Assembly (NCBI GenBank): GCA_002633005.1
Contig: NMRA01000058.1
Coordinates: 1 to 64,000 of the forward strand
DNA from: Phoronis australis
Lineage: Eukaryota; Animalia; Phoronida
Direction: 5' to 3'
Length of the DNA: 64,000 nucleotides
In this document: in pieces, positions 1-12,807 of the stretch
Numbering within the stretch: position 1 is the first letter of the stretch
Layout: each line of letters opens with the position of its first letter
Notes under the pieces: generated by a model
Told to the model about the DNA's origin: nothing
Databases searched by the model: none
Seen by the model: the letters and a program-made list of their open reading frames with translations, nothing else
Made by a program: the position numbers and the translations under genes

Positions 1-1051
1 CTCACTTTCCACTCTCATAGAAGAGTCCAGTGATTTCCCAGAGCAAGCGTCCACAGTAGGGGGTGCTTCCACTTGCGTTAGTATGAAAGTGCCTTTAGAG
101 AATGCCATGATCATACCTTGATTCCATTCCCATAGAGATAATGTTTTGGTTCTTATAGTGCTTCAGTTCCACTGGCTAGATTTTTTGTTCCCGTAATGAT
201 TGTTTTGTAACAGTAGAAATGAGTTTCTGGATTTTGCTTTGTGAGTATTTTGGATCCTTAAAGGCAATTATTGCTTGCATGTTTTAGGCTGAAATGTTCC
301 ATATGAATCATAAGAAGGGTCCTTTAATTACCAAGTACCACACAAGGTGTCAGTCTAGACCAACCGTGTTTTGTTGATATCGATCACTGTTGTCACAAAC
401 TTTAGTTTTTAGGAAACTGCCTGTTTGCGTACAGTTTTGTATATGTGTTGCAATATGCCACCTTAGGAAAAAGTTCTTTAATGTTGATTCACTCCATGGT
501 AGGATCCAGAGGGAGTCTGGAGGGGGCTTCTGACTTTTCACATTAAGTGTTATATTGTTGCTTTATTTTGAAAACCTGACAAGCTAGAATAGAATTACAT
601 TTGAATAAGAATTTGAGCTAGTTAGTCAGTTAGTGGTACAAAATTGATTTATTAAGAAATGTGTTGTGCCAGTAGCAGTGAAGAAATTGCGTTCCTGTGT
701 TGCCCTTAGAAGTATAGACGAGTGTGTTCAAATTTGACGCCAGTTCACTGTCTGTTTGCAGCTGCAGTCGAAAACTGAGTTTCCGCCATGCACGAAAGAC
801 GAGAGGCACCAAATAAACTAAGTCATGTGCCTTCTTTGTTCTCTTGGCCAGCATCGTGTCTGTGTCTGCCATGATGAAATATCATACTCATTTAGATATA
901 GGAAAAGTCTTGCAAAACAAGAATTTCGAGAGATTATAATAGTAACTAGTTCTTGTGTGGTTTCCGGCACACTGGAGGACCTGGGTATTCTTCGTAAATT
1001 AGTTTTTCATTATATTCACAATTTAATGAGACTATGCATATTTAATAATAA

Positions 1052-1881
1052 GTCTAGCTGTGGCCTCTAATTAATAACACGTCTGGCTGTGGCATCTAGT
1101 TAAGAACAGGTCTGGCTGTGGTCTCCACTTTATAACACTGTCTGGTTGTGGCCTCTTTAATAACATGTGTGGCTGTGGCCTCTAGTTAATGACATGTCTG
1201 GTGTGGCTGTGGCCTCCTGTTAATAACATGTCTGGCTGTGGCCTCTAGTTAATGACATGTCTGGTGTGGCTGTGGCCTCCTGTTAATAACATGTCTGGCT
1301 GTGGCTTTCAGTTATAATAACAGGTGTAGCTGTGGCCTCTGTTTAATAACAGGTGTAGCTGTGGCCTCTAGTTAATAACATGTCTGGTGTGGCTGTGGCC
1401 TCCAGTTAATAACATGTCTGGCTGGGGCCTCCAGTTATAATAACAGGTGTAGCTGTGGCCTCTGTTTAATAACAGGTGTAGCTGTGGCCTCTAGTTAATA
1501 ACATGTCTGGTGTGGCTGTGGCCTCCAGTTAATAACATGTCTGGCTGGGGCCTCCAGTTATAATAACAGGTGTAGCTGTGGCCTCTGTTTAATAACAGGT
1601 GTAGCTGTGGCCTCTAGTTAATAACATGTCTGGTGTGGCTGTGGCCTCCAGTTAATAACATGTCTGGCTGGGGCCTCCAGTTATAATAACAGGTGTAGCT
1701 GTGGCCTCTGTTTAATAACAGGTGTAGCTGTGGCCTCTAGTTAATAACATGTCTGGTGTGGCTGTGGCCTCCAGTTAATAACATGTCTGGCTGGGGCCTC
1801 CAGTTATAATAACAGGTGTAGCTGTGGCCTCTGTTTAATAACAGGTGTAGCTGTGGCCTCTAGTTAATAACATGTCTGGTG
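1052..1881. repeat. Minisatellite of ~29-34 bp units (core GCTGTGGCCTCYAGTTAATAACA) with a 123-bp four-unit higher-order repeat in its 3' half
   Basis: TTATAATAACAGG recurs at 123-bp intervals (1558, 1681, 1804). 5' units are more diverged. The array ends at an n gap (1882). Confidence 0.95.
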
Positions 1882-1894
1882 NCGAAATTATGGA

Positions 1895-1958
1895 CGCCCT
1901 GGAATATTGGGAACCTCATTTTGGACACCCTATTTTCGAAATCCTGGATGAAGGCCTG
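1895..1958. mobile_element. End fragment of an interspersed DNA-transposon-like repeat (second copy ~40522-40579)
   Basis: GAATATTGGGAACCTCATTTTGGACACCCTATTTTC...ATCCTGGATGAAGGCCTG is nearly identical to the sequence at 40522-40579. Confidence 0.55.
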
Positions 1959-2339
1959 ACTAGCTGTGTCCAAATTGGCCTTTGATGATGGACTGCAGTA
2001 TATGTCTTAGAAATGATGCATGCCCTCTTTTTGGCAACTTACAAGTTGCTGTAGATGAATATTTATGTTAGACTTTTTGGACACAAATTGTTAGCTTGTT
2101 GATTAAGTGTTTTATGACCAACAATAGCTGTGATTAAAAGCAAATCAAACATGAGAAATTGTCATTTTCTTCCATATCTGTTCGAGTTAATGCTGAGTTT
2201 GAGAATTAACATTAAGTCGAACATGGGAGTGTAAAAAAATTGTAACTTTTGATGTGGTGTTTTTAACCAGACATGACTGTTTATACAAACTGGTGCAGAA
2301 AGTCGCCAATGACTGATTTTACTTTATTCATTTTTTCAG

Positions 2340-2769
2340 GTCTATTACAAGATCATATTATCGTAACTCTGTGGGTGCATTGCTGCTGTATGATATTACA
2401 AAGCGCAAGAGTTTCGATAATCTAAGTGAGTGGATTGAAGAAGCGCAGTTGCACATTCAGCCACACGAGGCTGCTTTCCTCCTAGTTGGCCACAAAGCTG
2501 ATATGGAAGACGAACGACAAGTTACGTACAAAGAGGGTAAAAACTTTGCTGAAAGGTATGGTTTGAAATTCATAGAAACATCAGCTGTGACAGGGCAGAA
2601 TGTGGAAGAAGCATTTCACAGTGTGGCTGTGGACGTGTACGAGTTGCTTCTGAATGGGAAGATTTCAATAGAAGAAGGATGGGATGGTGTGAAAAATGGC
2701 TACGCACCACCACGTGAGCAGTTTCACCTAATGGAAGATGACCAACCTAGAGGAGGATGTTGTAACTAG
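2340..2769 (+). CDS. RAB39: Ras-related protein Rab-39, final coding exon (5' exon lies outside the window)
   Basis: Polypyrimidine tract and AG at 2338-2339, then (R)SITRSYYRNSVGALLLYDIT...LVGHKAD...FIETSA...EEGWDGVKNG...GGCCN*. G4/G5 motifs are present, RSITRSYYRNSVG and GWxGVK are typical of Rab39, and the C-terminal CC is a prenylation signal. Confidence 0.92.
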
Positions 2770-3278
2770 CAGACAACAGTCTCAGAATAGCCACATCCCA
2801 ATGTAACTCTACCCTGTTTTAGAATTAAAAAAAAACATACGATTGACCAACTTTTGGAATTACGAGGATGCTAACACAATTTACATTTCAATGGGCCAAG
2901 CATTACTTCCCACTTAGCTTTTTATTTTTTTTCAACATTATAATGCCAACAGAAATGTGCAGACTTGTGGGTACATACCCCAAAATCATGAGTGGTGTTT
3001 TGGATGTGGCTTTTTCTGCAGATCTTGCCATTAATGGCATTCCACAGTACTTTTTGTTTTTAGTTACTTGTATCTTGTTTTTAGTTATTGATTTGCTGTG
3101 GCAATCAATGTATAGTAAATGTTTCACAGAATTAGATGGATGACACTCAAATGCTTCCCAGTAGCTGGAGCCAATTAATGCATCTACAAACCTCAACAAG
3201 CTCAGATAAGGGCTTTTCATACTAACGTTGGTACGTCAATGTTTTGGGGAGTTGTGGTCAGTATGAACACTTGACTTC

Positions 3279-6200
3279 GGTCCTAGATTGAAGTTTACAG
3301 TGGCAGTTAACTTCATAGTAAACAGGTGGATTTATCAGCGGAGCGTCGACTTGCCTGCGGTGCAATACGAACAGTCAACTTGGGTTCCATCAAAGTTAGC
3401 GCTTGAAAATGTTCCCACCGTTGTCTCATTAGAAAAAATCGTGGCGTGCAGCACTACTGTGTGGTTATTTCAATGACGATTGCGTCACTTACCGTTTACT
3501 TTGGTGTCCGTTAACTACAGAAACTGGTATGATCAGTTAAGTTAACTTCACAGTTTACATCGCTCAGACTGTAGTTAACTCAGTATGAATTAAAGGGCCT
3601 TAAGACTGCAACTGCAGATCTCCAAGCAGTCCAAGTTACAAAGGGAAGGGTCAAGGGCGTTGCATTAACCAAGCTATCTGGCACGAATTAGTTGTTCTTA
3701 ACAGCTCTTCACTTCACAATTTTGTAAATTTACCACAATTGCTCCCATCTCCTGATTATTCATGTGGTTTGCCGTCTCAGCCTATCTCCATTTGACATTC
3801 TGTTGTTCAAATTTTCACTGATTCGTAGCAATGTTAGTTTGTAATTGATTTTCATAAAACGTACAAAAGTTTAATGTGAACTGCTGAAAACTCGAAACCT
3901 TTCAATTCAGTGACAAATTTTTGAATTTTTGTTGTAGCCTGAATACATTTGGGCTTGTTGAGGTGTGTGACATAAGCTGTTTGGTGTATAATTTCATCTT
4001 ACTCCTTATCAGTGTCATGTTTTACATTTCACTGAAGCGGTATTTCATTAATGTATGGTGCTGTATTACTACTTTTCATTTATTTCTGTAGTATCCAATT
4101 GAAAATGCTAAGTGGAAAGTCAACATGGTTAAAAAAAGATTCAGCTACTTTTCTTAAGTATGTTTTATAAATCCTTGTCAAATTGCCACTTAAAGGTCTA
4201 TTGACTAATAAAATTAAGTAACGGTAATGTGTTAGCCCACCAAAAAGCAAGGTTGGTGGAAGTCTTAACGTTGACTCATTTTGAAACCTGTGCTCACTGA
4301 TGAAAAACAACAAAGAAATGCCTGCCAGTATCAGTTTCAGCCAAGTTCTCGTTTTTGTTTGAAAAGTTGCACAAAGGCACATAAGTAAGGTTATAAATGC
4401 CATGACTTGACAAGCGATGAGTAGACCAGTAAAAAATCCTGCATCAGTTTTGCATATCTGAGAGAAACTTTCTTTTTTTGAAAAAATTGCAAATAACTAA
4501 AAACAATACCGCACCAGGTACTTGACTGTCAAAAATTACAGACCAAAACCAACTAATGCTTTTTGTCCTTATGTAGATGACTCAGTTAACTTACCCTTTC
4601 ATGGTTTTAAAGGAGCAAAAGTAGTTATGAGCCCGTCCTTAATATACATTAAAAAAATATTTGATGACATTATTAAACGCTTTAAAATTGTTGAAAAAAT
4701 ACTTTACCACCTTATGGTACTCAAATTAGAAGTTATTGATGGACTTGGAAAGAACTGACAATTTGTTTTTGAGACCATGCTTGGTTTGTAAAATGACCCA
4801 TTGGGTCAGGACAACCCATTACGGTGTTTTCCTGTTGCTCTCAACTTGTTTGATTCTATAGCCCAACAACAAGTAGGGAAGATCACTCCTGTAGCCAATA
4901 TCTTACACGATTGATTAACTCCATTCTGGCATTTATGGTTGGAGGGCCAGCTCTCTTTTGTTCGATAATTGCTCTAATCTCCGATGAGATCATATCTAGC
5001 CTGACTAGGCTGTGCTGTTAAAAATGAAAGTTAAGTTATAACATACTTGAACATAAACCAATAGCATTTCTGCATTCCTTGTCAATTGCTGATCATGTTT
5101 AGTTTTTGAATCACCAAAATCGCTCAACTACAACAAAAGTTAAGACAATCCATTCTGCCAGGTTTCAGTAACCCTTTGAAGCCTGGGAGATAATTGGCCT
5201 GCATGTTGTCATACGGGACGAACGACTGTGCTGGGCAGTTAACAAAGGAGCCAGAACGCTGTCTGGATCAGTTCATTGTAAGTCCAAAAATCTAATAAGG
5301 TACAATTTTCACAATGGTATGGTATCTGGTCTAAGTAACAAGTTTCTTTTTTGTCAGAAGGCGGATTTATAGTATGGTGTTTATAGTCACTGGTGTGTAA
5401 AAAATTCTACACCGATGTATTGTGAGAACGCATGCAATTTATGCTGTATAGTGGACCTGATTTAGTGACCGTGAGATTGGTCTCATTTTTGGTTTGATCT
5501 CTCCATGGAATCGAAAGAAAGGTCAAACTTTGTAAGTGTGTGCTTGTTTTCTGTTTGAAGGATCACCAGAAACTTTGGCTGATTGGTAATGATTGTTGTA
5601 GATGTAATTTGGCAGCAGGAGCTGTGGTCTGGGTTGTCTTCTCATTGGGGGCTTAGCTATTCAAAACCCAAAGGAAACAATTATAATCTCAGCCGAGACC
5701 ATTAACTCTTCGTTAAGCTGTGTTCACTTACGTAGGCCAACTGGGAGAGTGGTATGACTAAGAGCAGGGTTCACAAAGAACTAGACCTTGCATGTCAATT
5801 TCAACCCCCCCAAAAATTGTAAGCCACTATTCAGGCTAGTTACCCCTTCCAAGCTCCCCTAAATGTTAGTAGCTAAGAATTATTTGGAATTGTTGTATAA
5901 ATAGCACTAGACTGCTTTACTTGTTAGTTGGCCAATAGTTTATNGGTCCTAGATTGAATTTTACAGTGGCAGTTAACTTCACAGTAAACAGGTGAATTTA
6001 TCAGCGGAGCGTCGATGCTGCGGTGCAATACGAACAGTCAACTTAGGTTCCATCGAAGTTAGCGCTTGAAAATGTTCCCACATTGTCACATTAGAAAAAA
6101 TCATGGCATGCAGCACTACTGTGCGGTTATTTCAATGACGATTGCATCACTTACCGTTGACTTTGGTGTCCGTTCACTACCGAAACTGATATGAACAGTT

Positions 6201-7500
6201 AAGTTAATTTCACAGTTTACATCGCTTAGACTGTAGTTAACTCAGTATGGAAGGGCCTTAAGACTGCAACTGCAACTGCAGACCTCCAAGCAGTCCAAGT
6301 TACAAAGGGAAGGGGCATGGTTGAGACCATGCTTGGTTTGTAAAATGACCCATTGGGTCACGACAATCCATTACAGCGTTTTCCTGTTGCTTCCAACTTG
6401 TTTGATTCTATTGCCCAACAACAAGTAGGGAAGATCACCCCTGTAGCAATTATCTTACACGATTGATTAACTCCATTCTGGCATTTATGGTTGGAGGGCC
6501 GGCTTTCTTTTGTTCGATTATTGCTCTAATCTCCGACGAGATCGTATCTAGCCTGACTGGGCTGTGCTGTTAAAATGAAAGTTAAGTTATAACATACTTG
6601 AACATAAACCAATAGCATTTCTGCATTCCTTGTCAATTGCTGATCATGTTTAGTTTTTGAATCACCAAAATCGCTACTACAACAAAAGTTAAGACAATCC
6701 ATTCTGCCAGGTTTCAGTAACCCTTTGAAGCCTGGGAGATGATTGGCCTGCATGTTGTCATATGGGACAAACCACTGTGCTGGGCAGTTAACAAAGGAGC
6801 CAGAACGCCATCATAAGTCTGGATTAGTTCATTGTAAGTCCAAAAACCTAATAAGGTACAATTTTCACAATGGTATGGTAGCTGGTCTAAGTAACAAGTT
6901 TCTTTTTTGTCAGAAGGCGGATTTATAGTATGGTGTTTATAGTCACTGGTGTGTAAAAAAATTCTACACTGATGTATTGTGAAAACGCATGCAGTTTATG
7001 CTGTATAGTGGACCTGATTTAGTGACTTTGAGATTGGGCTGATTTTTAGTTTGATCTCTCCATGGAATCGAAAGAAAGGTCAAACTTTGTAAGTGTGTGC
7101 TTGTTTTCTGTTTGAAGGATCACCAGAAACTTTGGCTGATTGGTAATGATTGTTGTAGATGTAATTTGGCAGCAGGAGCTGTGGTCTGGGTTGTCTTCTC
7201 ATTGGGGGCTTAGCTATTCAAAACCCAAAGGAAACAATTATAATCTCAGCCCAGACCATTAACTCTTCGTTAAGCTGTGTTCACTTATGCAGGCCAACTG
7301 GGAGAGTGGTATGACTAAGAGCAGGGTTCACAAAGAACTAGACCTTGCATGTCAATTTCAACCCCCCCAAAAATTGTAAGCCACTATTCAGGCTAGTTAC
7401 CCCTTCCAAGCTCCCCTAAATGTTAGTAACTAAGAATTATTTGGAATTGTTGTATAAATAGCACTAGACTGCTTTACTTGTTAGTTGGCCAATAGTTTAT
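3279..7500. repeat. Near-identical tandem duplication (copy A 3279-5943, copy B 5945-7500) joined by a single n; probably two haplotypes
   Basis: Both copies start GGTCCTAGATTGAA and end GGCCAATAGTTTAT, with scattered SNPs. Copy A carries an extra ~1.1 kb (3651-4768). Confidence 0.9.
4830..5260. mobile_element. Interspersed repeat family, unclassified (also ~6380-6810, ~25300-25410, ~30450-30580, ~61140-61650)
   Basis: Shared blocks TTAACTCCATTCTGGCATTYATGGTTGGAGG and AAGCCTGGTAGATAATTGGCCTGC...GACTGTGCT at several dispersed positions. Confidence 0.75.
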
Positions 7501-8524
7501 TATGCTGATGTATTGTCATCTATATCATCTAGAGTGTAGGTTGGCAAGGACTGAGGCGGGTAGCCATTGCATTAGTCTAGTCAATGACTTTGTGACTGGG
7601 GGGGAAATTTTCAACTGCAGAGTTACTGCTGTATTTCTTCACCTATTGTTATTACATATATATAATAGACATGTCAAATTATATTTTGTCAATGGTTAGT
7701 GATTGGGCAGAAACAACATTTCATGAAGTCTCCATTATTTGGTGTATTAGACAGTTTTGACAGTTGTGCAAAATCAGTAAAGAATTATGGTACATAGAAT
7801 AATTTGTTCAGATACAAGGCATTTCTTCTTCACAAAATCAAACTTTGATTCAGTGATGCATAAAATACTAATTTAATTCAATGATCAACTGATGAGGGTT
7901 TTTTCATCAGGTTGCCTCGGTGATTCATTGAACAGGTCCTAATTTCGAATGACTTTGTGCAACAGCACCTTCGCTCCAGTTTGGGGAGCCGTGTGTAGAG
8001 TACTCTTTTAACTGTAAGTTCTAAACATGCCAGCTTGTTTACTGGTTTCATCGATGTTGTTTTATGCAAATGATGTGATATGATTGACCAATATTGTTTT
8101 AGCAAAAGATATGATTGAGTAATCCTGTTTTGGGCTGAGGATATGATTTACCAGTAGTTGTGAGTAGACTTTGTGTTCTGGATTTATTTTTTGATTATTA
8201 GGTTTCTAGAAATAATGATACAGTGCTGGGAACTTAGTGCTCTAGTTTTATTTTGCAATATTAGTGCTGGGAACCACCTCATGAACTTTCCGGGAATTTC
8301 CTAAAATGTTCCTCGTTTAACTGAAGTTTGCTGTATCCAGTCATATTGTGCAGTTGGCTTGTGGAATGGTTTATAAGCATGTAAATGTTATAAACCAGAA
8401 GCTTGTTTCATGAAGTTGACTTTTAAGTCAGAAAGTTGTTGTAATACGCTTGCACTTCACAATTGCTGAAAAAAGTTTAGGCAAGTAGTGTATCGCAGTG
8501 GAGAAATAAACTATAGATATTATT

Positions 8525-8618
8525 TGTGTCAGTAAATAGCACAACGGTTATGTGTTTAGTTGTTTCAGTAACTAGCACAACCTTTATGTGTTTAGTTGTG
8601 TCAGTAACTAGCACAACC
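8525..8618. repeat. Short tandem repeat, ~36-bp unit x2.6
   Basis: TGTGTCAGTAACTAGCACAACCTTTATGTGTTTAGT repeated. Confidence 0.85.
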
Positions 8619-11600
8619 TTATTCTCAGTTTTCACTTTTGCTCAAGTGATATTTATGTAATATTTAAGTATAGTTGTGTTGGGTACTATTATTTGAGGTT
8701 CGAAATACTTGAATTTATCTGTTTTAGGGTATTCTTCAATTTTTTAAGCAAACGCTGTATAAAAGTTTTTTAACACTTGTCTGATAAATCTGCAATTACA
8801 TTGCAATCAATTTGTGAGTGATGTGTATTAATTTACTAATTTTGGGGATTGCTTTGGTGTGAGTTTGTGACGGCTTGTGGATGATGTATTGTATGTACTT
8901 GGTTTTAATCGTGTTGATCTGTTATGTTTGTTGGTTTTGTTAAGAAAGGGTTCTATTTTCTCATCTGCTTTTGTTGTCCTGTCTTTATTATTTTCAGTTT
9001 ATAAGTTGTTTTGATGGGTGAATGGCAATGGCGATGGGAAAACAAACACCGTTTATTTTCTAGCAGAATCAAAAGTGCCAATATGGTAGCCAAAAAGTAC
9101 GTGGTACCTGTACAACTGAGTGGGTGAGGAAACTTCACATTAAATTTTTCATAAGCTGACCAACATGTGGTGAGTTTTGTAGAGGACATGAGATAGATAA
9201 GTTACCTGCTAGCCTCCTCAAAATTGGGTCATAGGTATGACAAAAATATCATTTGTCCCCCTTCATGACATCACTTATGGTAATTTTTCACACAACATGG
9301 CCAAGAAGTGAAATTCTGTTTTGTCAAATTTCTCCCCAAAAATAAGAGGTAAAACATTTTAGTTGTTTGCAAGCATGGTTTGTTCAGCATATTTGTATTT
9401 AAAAAGTTTTGGCAGTTAAGTAATCAGCTTTTACAATATGAAAAAAATGATAGCTTTGATAATTATTTTCGCGCAAAAGAAGTGGAGAATTACCTTGTGT
9501 GCCTCATTTTGTCTTTCTTGTAAGTTGCAATATCTAATCCATGCTACAGCTTCGTTAATCACATGATGACCAGATGCAGCCCTGTCAAGCTATCATGAAA
9601 CTGATGAAGCTTAAACTTGAAGCTCAGCACTGGAGTACTAGAGCCCATAAACAAAACAGGGCCTATCTTGCAGTGGCATGTGCATGTGTTGGGGTTTTGC
9701 CATAACTGCAATGAAGCCGGACGAATTTTGACGTCAATTGTCCTTTTTTGAAAATCACTGTAAAGCTGTGTGTAATGTTGGATATTATGACTGGTGCTTA
9801 TAAATTTGGTAATCTTAATAATTGACAAAATACTAAAAAAGTGCCGAGAGCAGAGCGGAAAGTCATCCATGGGCTTTTCAATTTTTTAGTGTCAGCAATT
9901 GTTTGTAGTTCATCAGAATTAAGTAAATCAAAAAAGATTGTAGCAAAACCTTAACATGTACGTTTTGGATTTTTGCGTCCTTAAATCTCATGTTTGGTAG
10001 ATTAGAAGCATAAAACGGTCAATTTACGTATTTTTTATCTTGTCATATCTGCAAACCCACCGAGTGATATTGATTTTTCCGTTTATGTGTAATAGTACCG
10101 TTACTGATGTTTAGCTTTAAATATGATGCAGATGTAACATGCAAGTTGTTTTCTTTATTGACATCCACACATTAAAGCTGTTATAAGTCGTGTGCATATT
10201 TGCACTTCCACCTAATATCCTTAGTTTGAGTGGAAGCAACATCTTGGCAGCTCGGTGAAACTTAGCTGCCGTGATAACAATGAGCCTCAGTCGGAAGCTG
10301 TAACAAGCTCTCAGTGCTTCTCAAACTTGGAAATGGTTTTTAACCCCAATGAAACGAGACCACTTTTGGAACAGTAATTAGCCTAAATCACAAACATTGA
10401 TTTTTGACAGGAGTTGCAGGTTTATTGTCCCTTTAACTTCCAGCTGCTAATTAATACTTTTCCTTACACAAAGTTTTATTCAATTTCTGCGATGTTTGGA
10501 AAAAATAGAAAAGTTCGTCATTTCCCCAAGACCATACTCAGTGCTTCAAATGACAGGCTAGGTAAAACCAACTTGTTGAGTCTCGTAAGCATTCTCCACC
10601 AACAACTGACGGTTCTTCCCAAGCCCACGAATCGTTTCTAATCTGAGCAAGGAATGTGCAGGAACTAATTTTATGGTCGACATATGTCCCGAACGATATA
10701 CGATAGTTCGTGCGTCGCAAGCTCGTTACCAGAGATGGAACCAAGACCTGGGTAGGCGATATTAGGTCATTTATTATGACTAATACAATTACCAGTAAGG
10801 TCATTTATATGACAAATACAATTACCAGTAATAGTTAGTGACTAAGTAAGGTAAAAATACTAATCTCTGGTAAGATGGGAAAATGAAAAGCGCCACAACA
10901 GATGTAGTAAGACAGCTCATGCCCATCCGGAATTATAACTGCTGTAGCAACTGGCTTAAATCAATAGTTATTTGACAGAGCTGAGACAGGCTGTTTTGTG
11001 GCAGCTTTAAAGGGATGCAGCACTCCCAAGATTTTCCTATACAAAAAGTATGATTTGGAAAGTTTTAAAACTGAAAGACAGAAAGAACCTTTAGACCATT
11101 GAAGCAGCTGAGGAACACGACATTATTCCCAGACAATGTACTCGAGCATACAATGTGTACATGTGTGGACTCCATTTGTAATGGGGGTAATTATTTGATG
11201 AATGGTGCTGTACATCTACAAATTTGTGACATACCTACCGGGAAATTTTGAGTTTCGCAAATCCTTTTTCAGGGAATGAGGTCAGTGGCTTGTACTGTGT
11301 TTGCACACAGAGGCCACAATATTGTAAGTTTGTGGGCAAAGTGTGGTTTTGATTCTATTCCAAGTTTTATTACTGTGATGACTTATAAAGTAGGGAAAAT
11401 CCTGCAGATGTCGAAGTTAACACAGAAATAATTCTTCAGTTCAGAGTTCTTGAAGTTTTGAGTTCAAATATAAAAGGTGTTAGTGACAAAGTTTAAATTG
11501 TAAATTCTCACTAAATTAATTTTCATTGAAAAAACAACATCAGTAAATTCGGTGCAATGCTTTCAAGAGTCAATGTGAAACAAAATATAAATATATTTGT

Positions 11601-12612
11601 CTAGCACAATACATATCAGACAAGTGAATAATGTAACCAGCATAAATAACAGTTGGCAACACATAAACATATAAGAGTTTCTAAACCAATTAGTATTTTC
11701 TGCATCTAAAAATGTCAACAGATGCAATAAAATAAAAGTGGAAGCAAACTTAGATGTAAGACAAAATGTTTTTTGTCATATGATCAATGATAGTCTGACA
11801 AGGTAAACAAATAGCGCTCGTGGAGAAAGCTGTGCAATGTGTATGCAGCAAATAAAATGCCGCTAAAGAGGAGGGAGGAATGTTTTGCAATTGCCTGAAA
11901 TACAAAATTAATGACCTGCAGACATTGCTTTACCACACTATATATGCTCACCACTTTTAGCAACTATATGGAGCAGTTTCTGTGTATCAATGAAATGTAA
12001 AAAACATAAACACAGCACAATATAAATTGCCTGCAGGTAAAAAAGCCCCAAACTGTTCTCTGTCCACGTGTACATTATTGAAGATTAAAAGATACATGAG
12101 TCAAATCTTAATGGACGTTGCAATACAGTAATCTGTCCCTGTGAGACATAAAATTAATGTGCTTGGTCATAAGTTGGGCTAGTACAGTAAATTTCATACA
12201 CTAATCTTGATGCACGGTTCTCCAAAATGCCCTTAGGAATCGATTTTAAAATGTCCCACCTTTGCATGAGGGGCTATCAAAATAGGACTTTGATGATTTT
12301 ATGACAAACTCAAAAGTAGCATTCAATGAAATATTTCAAAAAACTGACAGCATTTTGGTATTTCATCTCAAACATTTATATTAACTGAAATATATCATGG
12401 CATGTCATTGGTCAGTATTTTTCGATGAATGCAGCAATGACCCAATTAATCATTGATTGGTATTACATTATAAGTCTATTGGCTTTCTTCTTTCACAAAG
12501 TATATTATACTTCAACAGACTAAGTTAAATTCTGTAGTTTTGCAGTTATTTCATGGCTAAATGCAGATTTTTCAATGAGGTCCCCTCAGTTGCACACGCA
12601 TAATGAACTACA

Positions 12613-12807
12613 TCATTTGACAACTGTTTGCTTGTTTCGTGGACTGACTGCTGTCTTGATCATGGGTGTAGTGACAGGCCACTGATCAGGGTTACATTCT
12701 AGGGCAGCAATCTCTTCATCCGTGGGTTCCTCACGTGCGTGAAGTGGTGCTTTAATACCAGTAAGGTTCAACAGCTTGAGTTCTAATGGCCCAAGGTTTA
12801 GGAAATC
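12613..12807 (-). CDS. CCDC83: CCDC83 coding exon 11 (last)
   Basis: DFLNLGPLELKLLNLTGIKAPLH...QTVVK*; acceptor AG present; TGA at 12615-12613. Confidence 0.88.
   Translation of the reverse strand, partial: DFLNLGPLELKLLNLTGIKAPLHAREEPTDEEIAALECNPDQWPVTTPMIKTAVSPRNKQTVVK

Noticed and set aside
1052-1881. CRISPR-like array of ~30-bp repeats
   Set aside because: Units are contiguous with no unique spacers, there are no cas genes, and the context is a eukaryotic intron. It is a minisatellite.
2868-10804. Numerous 60-107 aa ORFs between Rab39 and CCDC83
   Set aside because: No recognisable domains, low-complexity AT-biased composition, several overlap repeats, and this many is expected by chance.
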